64,000 bases of DNA from the NCBI GenBank assembly GCA_010093815.1, contig ML996582.1. One strand, given 5' to 3'. The notes under the pieces are model-generated. The model saw only the letters and a list, made by a program, of their open reading frames with translations, was not told the DNA's origin and ran no database searches. This document shows positions 1 through 13,519 of the stretch, in pieces. Positions within the stretch are counted from its first letter, which is position 1; the number at the start of each line of letters is the position of its first letter. This stretch comes from Pseudovirgaria hyperparasitica. Lineage: Eukaryota. Position numbers and translations under genes: made by a program.

Positions 1-907
1 GCCGGGATTAATACTAATTATAGAGGATCCCTATTATTTAATATAGTATTACTTATCCCTATAGTAGATCGTGTCGACCTTCTCGGTTCTAGTTAGACTA
101 TCTTAACTATAGTACTATATAGAGAGTAATTCGAATATAAGAATAGGGTTATTAGATAGTAGTATAGTTAGATAGAATAATAAGGTATATTCTATTATAG
201 AACGAATTACTACCGAACCCTTTCGGTAGGAATCTAAGAGTATATATATAAAGAGACGCCGATCTATCTAGCACGTAACTGTTTACCGCCCTTCATATTA
301 CCTCCTAACCCTATTAGCTAAGGTATGTATAGATCGGGTTCTATCTAAGGCTAAGTTCTAACAATTATAAGAGACGTTTAGATAGATGATTTAAGATAGA
401 CTTAATAATAAACTTAGTAGGATATCTCCGCGATAAATACTCTATATATAGAGATAGAAAAAGGAAGTATATATAAGGCGACGTACTTAAGATAATAATT
501 AAGAAGTTAAGAATAGAATAGAATATAGTAAATCTACTTATTAAGACTTTCCGACCTAATAGCTTTAATTAATTAATAGCTAAGTAGGTTATCCTTAACT
601 CTTAGTCTCTATAGGTAATTAAAAATAGCTATCTCCGTAATACTATTATAAAGGTAAATCTAGAGATAGAAGTAGTAATATAGCTAAGTATAGATACTCT
701 TAGAAGCTATATTATAAAGATATATATAGAAGTCTCTAAATCTCTCTATAGTATCCTAAACACTACTATCTTAAAGATTTATATCTTATTTAATAGCTAG
801 AGCTCGTGAAACTATCGTCTCTCTCTATAGTTATATACTATATACTTTATTAATAGAGATAGTATCTTTATAGATATTTCCCTTAGTCTACTAGAGATTA
901 GAGATAG

Positions 908-1436
908 TATAATAAATTACTAGCTAGAGCCATAGGAAGATACGTAGACTCTAGTATAAGTAGTATAAGAGATAGTATAATACGTAGAAGAGGGGCCTAT
1001 AATATAATAGGTAGCCTTAGATAATAATCTAAGGCTAAGGTAGGCATCTATAGGGAGAGCTAATTATAGGTACTTAGAATAGGTATTCTAAGTAGCCTAC
1101 TAGATAATTAAGAATAGAATATTAGTATTCTAAGTAATATACTAAACGCTTAGAATAAGTATTCTAATTAGCGGACCTTAGTAGAACTATATAGACCCTT
1201 TAGACCTAATCTCTAGAGATAGTTCTATAGTAATTAATTTAAACTTATACTAATATAATTACTACTTTACTTATCTACTAGCTAGTTACTATTTATACTC
1301 TATTAATACTTACTATAAACCTACTTATACTCCTCTAAGCCTTCTAAGTATCTTTATCTATAGAAAAGCTAGAATACTCTATATAATAGACTACTTTAGG
1401 GATAAGCCGTATCCTTAGTAGAAAAGGTTTATTATA
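908..1436 (+). repeat. 5' LTR of Gypsy A
   Basis: Direct repeat of 20815-21343; differences seen are nearly all C>T/G>A transitions. Confidence 0.95.
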
Positions 1437-1539
1437 GTTTAATTACTCTACTTAGACTCTAAAGTAAGTATTTACGCTATCTATTTAAATATAAAATAGT
1501 AAATAATAGATAGTCCTTATCTTCGTAAACTACTCTATA

Positions 1540-4500
1540 AGTACTAACTATAGAATAAGTCGGATATCTTATTATAGAATTAGAGGAATAAGTTATAGAG
1601 CTCTAAAGAGAAAATATTAAACTTAGAAAAGCTAAAGAGAGCTTTAAAAGAAAAATCCTAGAATCTTTTAAAGGTAAGCGAAGTAAACTCTAAGGATTTC
1701 TAATATAGATTAGAATATATCTCTAGACCTATTAAATTTAGAACCTAGAAGAATAAGTTATATTTACTATCGGACTACTAAAGGGAGATATACTCGCTTA
1801 GTTTAAACCCTACTTAAGGGACTTTATAGAAAATAATCTATAGAATTAATAGAATAATACTACTAAGATCTTTAAACGTTTTAAAGAATTTAAGGAATAT
1901 ATTAAAATAACCTTTAGAGATATAGATAAATAAAGAATAGCTAAGAGATAAATCTAGTAAATAGTCTACATAAAATCTATATCTAACTACGCCTCTAAAT
2001 TCTAATAAATCTCTAGTTAGCTAGAATAGGATAATAAACCCCTAATCCTCTAGTTCTATACTAGATTATATAACGACGTTAAGAACGAAATCTCTAGAGA
2101 GAGAGACTATTCTACTAACCTCTAAGAGTATATTAAGCTTATAGTCTAGATTAATAACTAACTATATAAGAGACGCTATAAGAAAAGAGGGAAAAAGATC
2201 TTTTAATCTATACTTAAATAAGATACTCGGAAGGGTTACGTTAATAAAGCCCTAAACTATCTATATAAGGGATTCTATAATAGACCTATACTAATAGAAC
2301 CTAGTATCTTATAGATAAAATATCTATCTAGTAAAGAAAGGGAGTAACTAAAGAAGGAAGGTAAGTATCTCTACTATAAAGAAAAGGGATACTACGCCCA
2401 CGAATACCCAAAAAAATAAAAATAAGAAAAACTAGATTAAGGACCTAGTATTAAGATAAGGAAACGTTACTATAGAAAAGAAAGAAGTACCTTACGTAGC
2501 CATGTTATAGACTAGTTATACTAATAATCTCTACTTTATATATAAGTTAGAAAAAGATAGTATAGGTTAGTATCTAAAGAAAAGAAACGTTTTAATAGCT
2601 AGTAAATAACCCTTATTACTTTATGAAAAAATAGAACTATAGAAATACTTAGATATAATAAGAAGATCTAAACTAACTAAAGAAATAGTATCTAAAGAAG
2701 TAATAATTAAAGGAAGTACTACTAAGGAAGATAGTAAGAAAGAAACCCTTACTATAGAAGAACTATATAATAAGTTAATAATAGACTAAGACCCTATTAC
2801 TTACTATATTATCTACTATTATAGAAAATATATAAGTAAGGATAATAGAGACCTACCTTTAAAAGGGGTAGAGATTTAACCGGAAGATAACTAACTTATC
2901 TTACCCTACTATAAGAAATATAATAAGATCTCTTAGATTATCTATCTCTATAATAACTATCTTTACTATCTTTATAAGAAGCGAACCTAGAAATAGTTTC
3001 TATAATAGTATTAGAATTAAAAGATTCTAAAAGCCTTTAGAGACGAAGATATATAATAGTATAAAATAATTACTAAGGAAGCTAATAAAAATTACTTTAT
3101 ATTAAAATAGATAGAAAATAAAGATTATCTAGAGAACTAATATAACTAATACCCGGATGTTACGTACCGAACTTATCTAATATCTAAGACTATTATATAG
3201 TATAACCTTTAAGTAGACTTAGGCGAAATTAAGAAACGAGTTTAATCTATAATATAACTTATATAGGAAATAGAATAGAAACTTAGTAAGCTATAAAAAA
3301 ACTAGAAAGGCCGGACGTACTAAGAGAAATAGCCGAGCTAAAAAGAAACTCTCTTATATCTATTAGTAGCTTAGATAATAAAATATAAATATCTCTTAAA
3401 ATTTAGCTCTATTAAAAATACTCTATTAAAGTACTAATTAATAGTAGAGTATAGTCTAACTTTATCTCTCTAACTATAGTAGATAAACTAAAAATACCCT
3501 ATAGTAGTAAAGAAGAACTATATAAATTATCTATATTTAAGAGACTTAATATAGAATATACTAATAGAATAGTATACTTAGAAATAGAACCTCTAGATTT
3601 AGTCTTAATAGTAGAATACTAATAACTACAACTAGATATAGCAGAGCTAGAATAATATAACTTAATTCTAGGAATACTATAGCTTAAAGAAGTTAACCCT
3701 ATAATTAACTAGAAAACTAAAGAAATTATACCCTAGAGAATATTAAGACCCTTAGAAACTATTAAAGAAGAAGTAGAGATTAATAAACCTATAAAGGCGC
3801 TAACGACTAGAAAGTCTATCTACTATATTTAGAAGCTTAATAATAAGTAAGGTAATATAGAGAGCGGACCCTTATATAAGAAATATATAGTATAATAAGG
3901 CACGCCTATAGATAAATAGATTTAAAAAATAAATAACATACTTATACTAAAGAAATACTACTAATATTATATTATCTTTAAAGAAGAACTTAAGACGGGA
4001 CTACTAAAGTATAGCCTATATAATTATATAATGATACTCTAACTAGAAATAGCATCTATATTTAAAAGTATATATCGACTTACTAAAAAATAACTAGAAA
4101 TAATATAATAATATATTAAGAAAATAGAAGTAAAAGGATATATCTAACCCTCTAAATTACCTATAGAATATCTAATACTCTTTATACTAAAGAAGAACGG
4201 AAGTAAATAACCCTATATAGACTATTAATACTTAAACGATATTACTATTAAAAATAGATACCCTTTACCCCAAATTAATAAATTATAGAACTAACTTATA
4301 GAAGCTTAGTACTTTACTATAATAGACTTATAAGAAGCCTATAATCTTATATATATAGTAGAAGAAGATAAATAGAAAATAGCCTTTTAGACTCGATATA
4401 GCTACTATAAATACCTAGTAATACTATTTAGGCTAACTAATATACTAGCTATATTTTAAGTACTAATTAACGATATACTAAGAGAATACCTTAACTACTT

Positions 4501-6790
4501 TATAATAGTCTACCTAGATAATATATTAATTTATTTAAAGAATCTATTAGAGTATAGAGAATACGTATATAAGGTACTTTAGAAATTATAAATAGTAAAT
4601 CTACTAGTAGAATTAAAGAAGAGTATCTTCTATATATAGAAAGTTATATTTTTAGAATTTAAGATTATATCTAGAGAAATATAAATAGACCTAAAGAAAA
4701 TTAAAGCTATTAAAAACTAGAAGTAACCTAAGATAGTTAAGGAAATCTAAGGATTTACCGGATTTATAAACTTTTATAGAAAATTTATATATAACTACTC
4801 TATAAAAACGGCTCTACTATATAAGCTTATAAAGAAAAATATAATATTTAAATAGAGACTAAAGTAAGAATAAGTATTTTAATAGTTAAAAGAGTCTATT
4901 ATAACTAAACCTATATTAAAGATATACTAAATAGGAAAACCCTATAAAGTTAAGATAGATATATTAGAATTTACTATCGGAGGGTAGTTAACCTAGATAG
5001 ATAAATAAGGGAAAAGATACCCTATAGTATTTTACTTCTAAAAATTCTAAGGATTAGAAATAAACTAGCTAATCTATAAAAAAGAACTCTATACTATTAT
5101 TAAATACCTTAAGGAATAGAGAAGCTACCTCTATAGATTAGACTATATAATAAAGGTATATACTAACTATAAGAATCTAACTACCTTTACTATAATAAAG
5201 GAACTCCGAAAGAAATAAATTAGTTAGTATAAGCTTCTTATAGAATTTAATATCTAAATTATATACTATAAAGAATCTAAAAACGGAAGAGCTAACGCCC
5301 TTAGCTAATAAGCGGAATACGAGTAAAAAGAACCTACTATAGAATAGACTATATTAGAGATTACTAAAGATAGAAACCTTAGACTAATATAATATATTAT
5401 AGTAATATAAAAAGAATTTATACTTAAGGACCCTAAGGGAAGAAGTATAATCCCTAGAGATAAGGTCTACTATTTTATTAAAGAATTCTATAAAGATCCG
5501 ATATACGGATACTAAGGAGAAATAAAAACTTATAAAAGATTTAAGAGATACTATATAACTTATAAGGAAAGATAAGTTATTAAGGAAGTTATATAGGACT
5601 ATATTCTATATAATAAAAGCTAATCTAATAGATATAAACTATATAGAGAACTCTAACTAATTCCCCTACTATTATATACTTAGAAAATAATCTCTATAGA
5701 TTTTATAATAGATCTACTACTCTTAAGAGAACTAGTCTTACGAGTATAGTATAATACTATACTAGTAGTAGTTAATAAACTTATAAAGTATATCTACTTT
5801 ATACCCTATTAAAAGAATATAGATATAGAAGAAATAGCCTATATATTCCTACGAGTAGTAATAGCGAACTATAGATTATCTAATAGTATTATATCTAATA
5901 GAGATAAGCTCTTTATATTAAACTTTTAGAAAAGCCTAGTACGATAGCTTAGAACGAGCTACTAACTATTAATAGTCTATTATCTATAGATAGATAGATA
6001 AATAGAGATTCTAAATAGAATACTAGAATAATACCTATAATACTATATTAATAAATAATAAGATAATTAGATAGAACTACTACTACTAGCTTAATTTACT
6101 TATAATAGTATAATAACCTTAATAACTAAAACCTTACCGTTCTATATAAACTATGGATTTAACCCTATAGCTAGCTATAATTATAAACTAGAATAGTCTA
6201 TACTAAAAGCGAAGATTAAGGTAGAATAACTATATAAACTATATTTAGAGCTATAAACTAAACTTTCCTTTATAAATAGAAGAATAGTAAAATATATAAA
6301 CTAAAAGAGAATAAAGAGACTATCCCTAAGGGGGGGAGACCTAGTATTCCTTATATAAAAAAATATTAAGATATAATAACTAAATAATAAACTAGACTTT
6401 AAAAAGATCGGACCTTTCTAAATAAAATAAAAAATTTTAGAAGTTAATTATAAACTATCTTTACCTTAGAATATAAGAATATACCTAGTATTTTATATCT
6501 TATTACTAGAACTAGTACTATATAATATAAAAGTTAAAACTAATATTAAAGCTATAGACGAAGAATTCAAAGTTAAAAAGATTCTAGAATCTAGAATTAG
6601 TAATAAAATATTAGAGTATCTAATTAAGTAGAAGGGCTACGGACACGAATTAAATACTTAGAAACCTAGGGAATATTTAATAAACTACCGGTAACTATTA
6701 CGGAAGTTCTATTAAATAAACCTAGATTCGCCTAGTTCTCTATACTAAGCTAAGAATTATTAAAACCTAAGGAAGGATTCGGAACCTTCT
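1540..6790 (+). pseudogene. gag-pol of Gypsy A (RIP-disrupted; limits approximate)
   Basis: Gag CCHC knuckle (~2366-2410, de-RIP CLYCKEKGHYAHEC); slippery AAAAAAC followed by TAG at 3296-3305; protease 'VLIDSGAQSNF' (~3431); RT 'KNRYPLP' (~4250) and 'YLDDILI' (~4511); integrase 'ISMDFI.DLP' (~5690) and 'GPF' (~6410); chromodomain 'EFKVEKIL..YLIKWKGY..NTWEP' (~6562-6667). Confidence 0.88.
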
Positions 6791-7319
6791 TAATAGTAAC
6801 TCTCTATTATTATTTAAATTACTCCTTCTTCTTCTTAAGGTCTATTACTAATAGATTCTAATAAAGTATATTATTTTAATAATATTCTAATAGCTTCTAC
6901 TATTTCTCTAAATACTCTAGACGCGTAAAGGCGGTCTAAGTATTCTACTAAGCTTTTTACTAAGTAGTAGCTATATATTCTTTCTCTAGCTTAAGATAAG
7001 CCTTTTTAGAATAAACCTTCTTATCTAGAAATATTACTTACTAGCCCTAATAAAAAGAAAGAAAACTTATAAGATAATTTAGAGAACTTCTTTTACATCT
7101 CCAAGAGGCTAACTTGGTCCATTCGGGGTAATATAGTAAGATATACACCTTAATCGATAGAGTATACCGAGTACACTAACTACTACTACACGCACGTACG
7201 TGCAGCGTCGAAACTAAGACGTTATCGCCGTGTAAAGATATATATATATACCCTCTTAAAATCCTTACGGAGATAGAGGCACGGACTACGCTACTAGAAC
7301 GCTAATACGCTGACCCCCT

Positions 7320-7352
7320 TTTATTAGTTAAGGGTAGCCCTTAACTAATAAA
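7320..7352. repeat. Perfect palindrome, 15-bp arms with 3-nt spacer, at the LINE ORF1 start
   Basis: TTTATTAGTTAAGGG-TAG-CCCTTAACTAATAAA; same core as 20196-20230. Confidence 0.9.
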
Positions 7353-10300
7353 TATGGCGGCCTTAGGCACCGATATACCCCGGTATATACCGGATATACC
7401 CCTACCGGTACGATAGAAAAGGCTATATAGCGATATTACTAAGGGTAACTATATACCTATCTAAAATATAGAATACACCTAAAGGCGCACGCCGCTATAG
7501 ATAGACGGAATAAAGGGGACCCTAAGAGGGGAAACCCTCCTAGATTATATCTACTACTAGGTAGCACGTATAGAGAAGGAAGCCGGAGAGGGCTAGAAGA
7601 CCCTTCTATATATATTCTAGAATCTTATCTAGAATCTAAAGGGAATTATAGAGGAGGAGAAGAGAATATAACTAGGAGGACCAAAGAGTAGGCTCGACCG
7701 AATAGAGGCTAGCCTACGTAGAATCTAGGAGGAACTTACTTAAGGTAAGCGCCCTAGTATATAGGTATAAATAGTAGTAATACTAGAGGCTATACCACGG
7801 GCCCCCCGGACCGGTAATATAGTATATAGTATACGCGTCGTAATCTAGGATAAGGATACCCTAGTATAGGTCTAGTAAGTATCCCTAAAGGATATAGTAA
7901 GTAAGATTAATAAATAAAAGGGAATATAGTTAAACGTCATCGCTACTAAACTCATGCTAGGAGGAGTAGTACTTACTATAATAACGAATATTACGTAGTA
8001 GACTATCTCGCGCGATCCGAACGCGATTAGTAGTATCTTCCTAGGCGCCTCTATTAGGGCGGCCATATACCCGATATAGGTATACTCTATACCCGTAAGC
8101 GGATAGGTTATCGGAGAAGAGAATATTACGCGGATAGAATAGTTAAATAAGCGAAAATACCTAGAGATTAAGATCGTAAGAGTATGGTAGAAGAATATAT
8201 AAGGGATTAAAACTAGATTAAAGGTATACTCTACTATAATAGTAGAGCTTAAGAACCCCGCCCTTACGTATTAAATTATATAAGAGGGATTCCTAGCGGA
8301 AGGGGAGCTTCTTATAGCGGAACTATAGGATAGAGTATAGGCGATAATATAGTGCTTTAACTATTAGGGATACGGGTATACGGTATAGCGGTACTCCTAA
8401 AAGACTAGGTATAGATAGTATTAATAAGAATATAGTACCTAGGAGTGCCTCTATAGAACACGAGGAGAGGGCTAGAGGGATAGGGACACGGCGAAGTACT
8501 CTAACTACGACGGTAAGTACCCGTCGTAGTCGACTACGTGCACGAAACGTAAATAGATTACTAAATATATCTACTTAATCCGGATAAAGGGAGTAAGGTA
8601 GCTATAAATAATACGACCTACTACCGTTCCTCTCTTTACTATAATACTACTACTATAGACTACCTCCTTACGAGAAAGCGGTTAGAAATAGTAAACTATC
8701 CCAAGAAAGCTAATAATAGAATAGCCCTAAGGAATTACTAAGGCCGCCGCCGTATAAGGATAGTCGCGTCTTAGAGGAACGAATATATAGGTCTATATAT
8801 TCCCTAGTACCTAATAAGAGACTAAGATATACTTCTAATTATATAGGTAAACGTATAGTATAAACGTAAGAACTAGGCGATACTCCTTAAGGAGACCGGA
8901 GCTATAATACTCGCTATATAGGAGCTATATAAATACTACCAGACGAATAAACTAATAACACACCTAGAATATTATATAATACACCCCCTAGGACCGGAGA
9001 GGAGAGTCCTCTTCTATGTCCATAAGTCTATTCTACTCTTATTATAGTTATATACTAAACGGGATAACCTCCGGATAATACTACACCTCTAGACGAATAT
9101 CGGACCCCTCTATATATATAATATATATAATTAGAACCGATTGCTTTAGGCGGATGATATACTTAAGGGCACTACTAAGCTAGAATAATATATCCTCCTA
9201 GAAGACTTTAACCTCTATTATAGCTAGTAGGGTAGACTAACCGTTACCCGCAAAGAGCTTCGAGCTAGAGAACTACGTACCTAATACTACGGCTTTCTAT
9301 ACCTTCTTATACTAGTAGAATAGATTACCTAGCGAAAATATAAATAAGATAAGGGCGGATCTACACTCGACCTTACCCTAGCCACTAGACATATTTATAA
9401 TAGGACTTAATACTACTGCCTAAGCCTTATATAGATAGACTCTAACTATAAATATATGGAGACCGTAATAGATGTATCTACCCCTTAAGACTAATAAGGG
9501 CGATAGCTATAGAAGAATACTAACTAGGAAAAGTACCTAAAGGACCTAGAATCGACGATTCTAGACCCGTCTATAGTTGACGTATCTAATAGCCCGGCCA
9601 TTAACTAGGCCGTGAATATACTCCTATAGGCGTACTAGGGAGTAAGAGATAAACACGTGCCGTACCGAATATATAGACTCCTAGACCCGAAAAGTATACC
9701 TTAAGTATAAGAGTATAGGCGAGAAGTCCGGAGATTATATACACGCGTATACTATAACTGTACACCTAAAGCATAGGATAAATAGAGAGAGGCGAGAAGA
9801 TAACGAGATAAGGTCCTCCGTAACGAGCGACGTAAATAGTAGTATATAGTCACGGACTAATATACACGTAATACTACTAGACTATAGTATATAGTAAAAT
9901 AGGCCAAAAGCACCGCCTCCCTAACACCTATACCACTTATACCCCCCCTTATATATTAAGAAAAGACGTACTCTATAAGCCTCGAGAAAACAGAGATTCT
10001 ATAAGAGGTTATATTCCCTCTCCTAGAACCTATAGACCTATTAGATATTAACGGCACGGAATACCCGGAAGCCGTGAGTATCCCTAGGGAAATCACGGAT
10101 AATAATATACTCGGCGCTATTAAGACACTCCCGAACGATAAAGCGCCCGGACTAGATAGAATTCCGAATCGATACCTTAAGAGGACCATATAGGCGACCT
10201 TACCGATTATAGGCTATATATTCCGAGCGTGTGCCCGTATAGGATACTACCTATAGAGCTTCTAAACTATATATATAGTTATACTCCTAAAACCAGGGAA

Positions 10301-10961
10301 GAGCCTAAACACGCCGAAGGGATAGAGGCCGATCGCCCTTCTCTTCTACCTTGGCAAGGTACTAGAAGCTATGATTACTAAGAAGATAAGTATAGTAGTA
10401 TAGGTACACGGCCTTCTCCTAGTAAACCAGAAGACGAAGGTAGGAAGCTCCCTAATTATAGCTATTTAATATATCCTCGAGGTTATCTAGACTATATAGA
10501 AATAAGGATAAGTTATTACGCTACTCTCCCTAGATATAGTAGAGGCGTTTAATAAGGTAAACCATATAAGACTTATCTATAACCTCCGGATAAGGCGAAT
10601 ACCTAAGTAGATTATATAATTTATATAGTCCTTCCTCGCGTAAAGGACTACTTAAATATATATCCCCGGATACCGAAGCGAATATAAGGAGACAGTATAC
10701 GGCATCCCATAAGGGAGTACCATCTCCCCAATCCTCTTCCTCTTCTTTATAGTAGACCTCCTTTAGAGAATAGAATATATAGAGGTAGTCGGATACGCGG
10801 ACGATATATACCTCCTTACGGTCGATAGTAGTACTAGTAGAACATGTATATGACTCGAACGAGACCACGAGAAATACGTCTAGTAGGTAAAGCGCCACGG
10901 AGTAAAATTCGCACCTGAAAAATACTAGCTTATATACTTTATCAACCGCTATAGAGAATAG

Positions 10962-11199
10962 TATAAAGAGTAAAGACGTGGGATAGTAGTCTAATAGTTC
11001 ATAGAGAGATATAGGAATGTATTTATAGAGTAATCTTACTCTTATACGAGGTTAATTCCTAACGAGTAGAAATCGGTTTATACGGTCTACTTATATAGTA
11101 ACCTCGCTTAACTTAGCTAACTTAACCTAGCTCTAGCCACTACGTGGCTATATAGATTAGAATAGTCTATATAGGTCTATTATAGTTCCCGTCCTAATA
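10962..11199 (-). repeat. 3' LTR of Gypsy B
   Basis: Direct repeat of 18807-19044; differences seen are transitions. Confidence 0.95.
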
Positions 11200-11678
11200 A
11201 TATCCTTCTTCTTTTTATGCTTCGCCCCGAAGTACTTAAGTATATATAATTCTAAGTCTCTATAATCTATCATGTATCTATATATCCGTAACTAAGTTTC
11301 TATAACGTTATAACTATCCTTAATATAGGTAAACTCGAGATTCTAGTTTACTTTTACTAGTTTATATACGCGCTCATCCCTTACTTCGTGGCTACTACCT
11401 AGAATATATAATTACTACTTTAGTTGAGTATATATTTAGCTTCGCTCGCCTTTAATTTTATTCTCTAGTATATCTACCTCGCTCTTAAGGTAAGTCGTTA
11501 ATTTATATACTATCTTCCCTAGTTTAGGTTTAGAAGGGTCTATAGTGGTCTATTCTTATTAGAACCGGTCTAATATAACCTATTCGCGTTATTACGGTCA
11601 CTAATTTAGCTTCGTTAATCGCCGTTAAGGGTAGATAAATATTCCTTCCTTAGATCTCTAGCTAACGTATATATATAG

Positions 11679-12991
11679 ATGTCTAATACTAGTCCTATCT
11701 CTAAGCCTACCTCCTCCTCTTATAAGACTCGCTCTAAAGGTATCGCCTCCTCCCTAGCTACGCCGGCTAAGAAGCCTATCTATCGCGGTAGTATAAAGGC
11801 GCGCTCTAAGTCGGAGAAGAGAGTAGCTAGGGCTACTACTACTACTACCTCTACTACTAATATAGCTACTAGTCACTCTAATCTAGGTGATCCTAGTACT
11901 AAACTTATGGATAAAGTGGTTATAGGTTCTCCTCTCGCTCTAAAGCGTACGCCGTCTACTCTACCTCCTCTAGAGGATAAAGAAGATCTTGTTATAGACG
12001 ATAATCGTGAGCCCTCGCGCTCACCCACGCCACTACCTTACCGCTCTTCCTTCCGGTCTAATATAGACCGATTTAGTCGCTCTAGGTCCTTTTAGGACCT
12101 TAATATTCGCTCTAAACCCTAGCCTACTAATAATAAGGCCTAGATCACTAAGGATACTAAACGTAGTCGCGGTTTATACTATAGGAAAACGGCGAACTAC
12201 GGTTCGATATACTATAAGTATATTAAGGGCTATACGGCTAGCTCTAAATATCTCTTTCGCTCTAACTCTAGTATTAGCTACTACTCTACTAACCGCGACG
12301 GGTCTATACGCCCTATCTTTACTCTATCTACCCGCTACTACCGCTATACTATAACTAGTAAGACTTATCTATAGGTAAGTATAATAGGCTATCTTAATCT
12401 AGTATAATCTAAAGTAGTCCGCGCTAATATATTCTTAGGTTCCTATATATATATAAGATATATATAATAACCTTCGCGTCCGTAAGACCCTCGGGGGTTC
12501 TTATAGCTATCTATCTACTATATAGAGGGAGTTTAGGGAGTACTATAAGCTCTTCCTAGAGGTTATTAAAGTATAAGTTATAAGTACGTTAATTATTTTT
12601 AATATCTATTAATTTTTCTAGCCGCCGCGAGATCCCTAGCGCCTAGGCTATCTATTCTAGGGAGTCTATTCTAGCTATAGAGGCCGTAGAGAGGATTTAC
12701 TCTATCCCCCCCCGTCCGTCTTACGCTATTAATAGATCTTATAAGAGGTCTACTATTTCTCCCTCTAAGTCGCCTCGTAAGAGGGTATATATTCCCTTCT
12801 AGATTATTCTAGATTATATTAGCTAACTTTAGACCTAGTCACTACGCTCCGGCGCTTAAGGCTCTTCCCTCTAGGCTCTAATGGATTAGATTATTACTCT
12901 AGAGGCTAAGGTCGTCGTCCTCCGCCGCTATATCGTACGGTTAGAGAGGACTATACTAGAGGTTAGGATAGATAATAAGATAGAGGAGTAG
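11679..12991 (+). pseudogene. Antisense accessory gene of Gypsy B: Ser/Thr/Pro-rich N-terminus, Cys-cluster-like region, C-terminal coiled coil; spliced
   Basis: 138 codons still open from ATG 11679. The same frame continues to TAC-x2-TAT (12210-12221) and TAC-x2-TAT-x6-TAT (12336-12368), then an intron GTAAGT..GCTAAT..TTAG (12375-12438). A possible second intron lies at ~12571-12621. The last segment reads 'MDQIIALEAKVVVLRRYIVRLERT..EE*'. Confidence 0.55.
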
Positions 12992-13080
12992 CTCTATGGT
13001 TCTAGCTCTATAGGTTTGGCTCTATATATTAGCTCTATGGTCTAGCTCTATGTATTGGCTCTATGCCTAGCTCTATGTAT
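12989..13080 (+). repeat. Degenerate tandem repeat, about 7 copies of a 12-14 bp unit with core T(A/G)GCTCTAT
   Basis: Read directly; begins at the stop codon of the antisense gene of Gypsy B. Confidence 0.85.
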
Positions 13081-13519
13081 TCTGGATCTACTATGGGTAG
13101 TGCGCGCCGGCTCTATTTACCTAGCTTTTATCCGTTTTAGTCCTTTTTAGACCGTTTAGATACCCGTCGGCTAGTTTCTAGTAATTTAATTCTTAACTTA
13201 ACGATATTATATGTGCGCTCGCTTAGCTTATAACTATCGGTTTCTATATTCTAATTTTCCTTAAGTTACCTAAGTGTAGGTACCGTATATAAATTAGTTT
13301 ATCTCTATAAATTCTATTAGAGTACCCGAACTAGTAGCCTAGTAGTTATTAGTTCGGGTACTCTAACCTTTTATATTTTATATTAAGAGTTTAATTCTAT
13401 AGTAGGGTACCTTTTTTTAGGTTCTTAGTTCTATGTTTTTCTCGTATATAATAGTCTATATTAGTCTATTCTAGACTCTTCTATATTATTCTATTGTGGT
13501 ATATCGCGTCGCGTTCCTA

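Noticed and set aside
7872..10898. Minus-strand ORFs 7872-8066, 9956-10189 and 10530-10898
   Set aside because: They are antisense shadows of RIPed LINE ORF1/ORF2 with no independent protein features.
12989..13080. Repeat array as a CRISPR-like locus
   Set aside because: Eukaryotic context, 12-14 bp units and no unique spacers.
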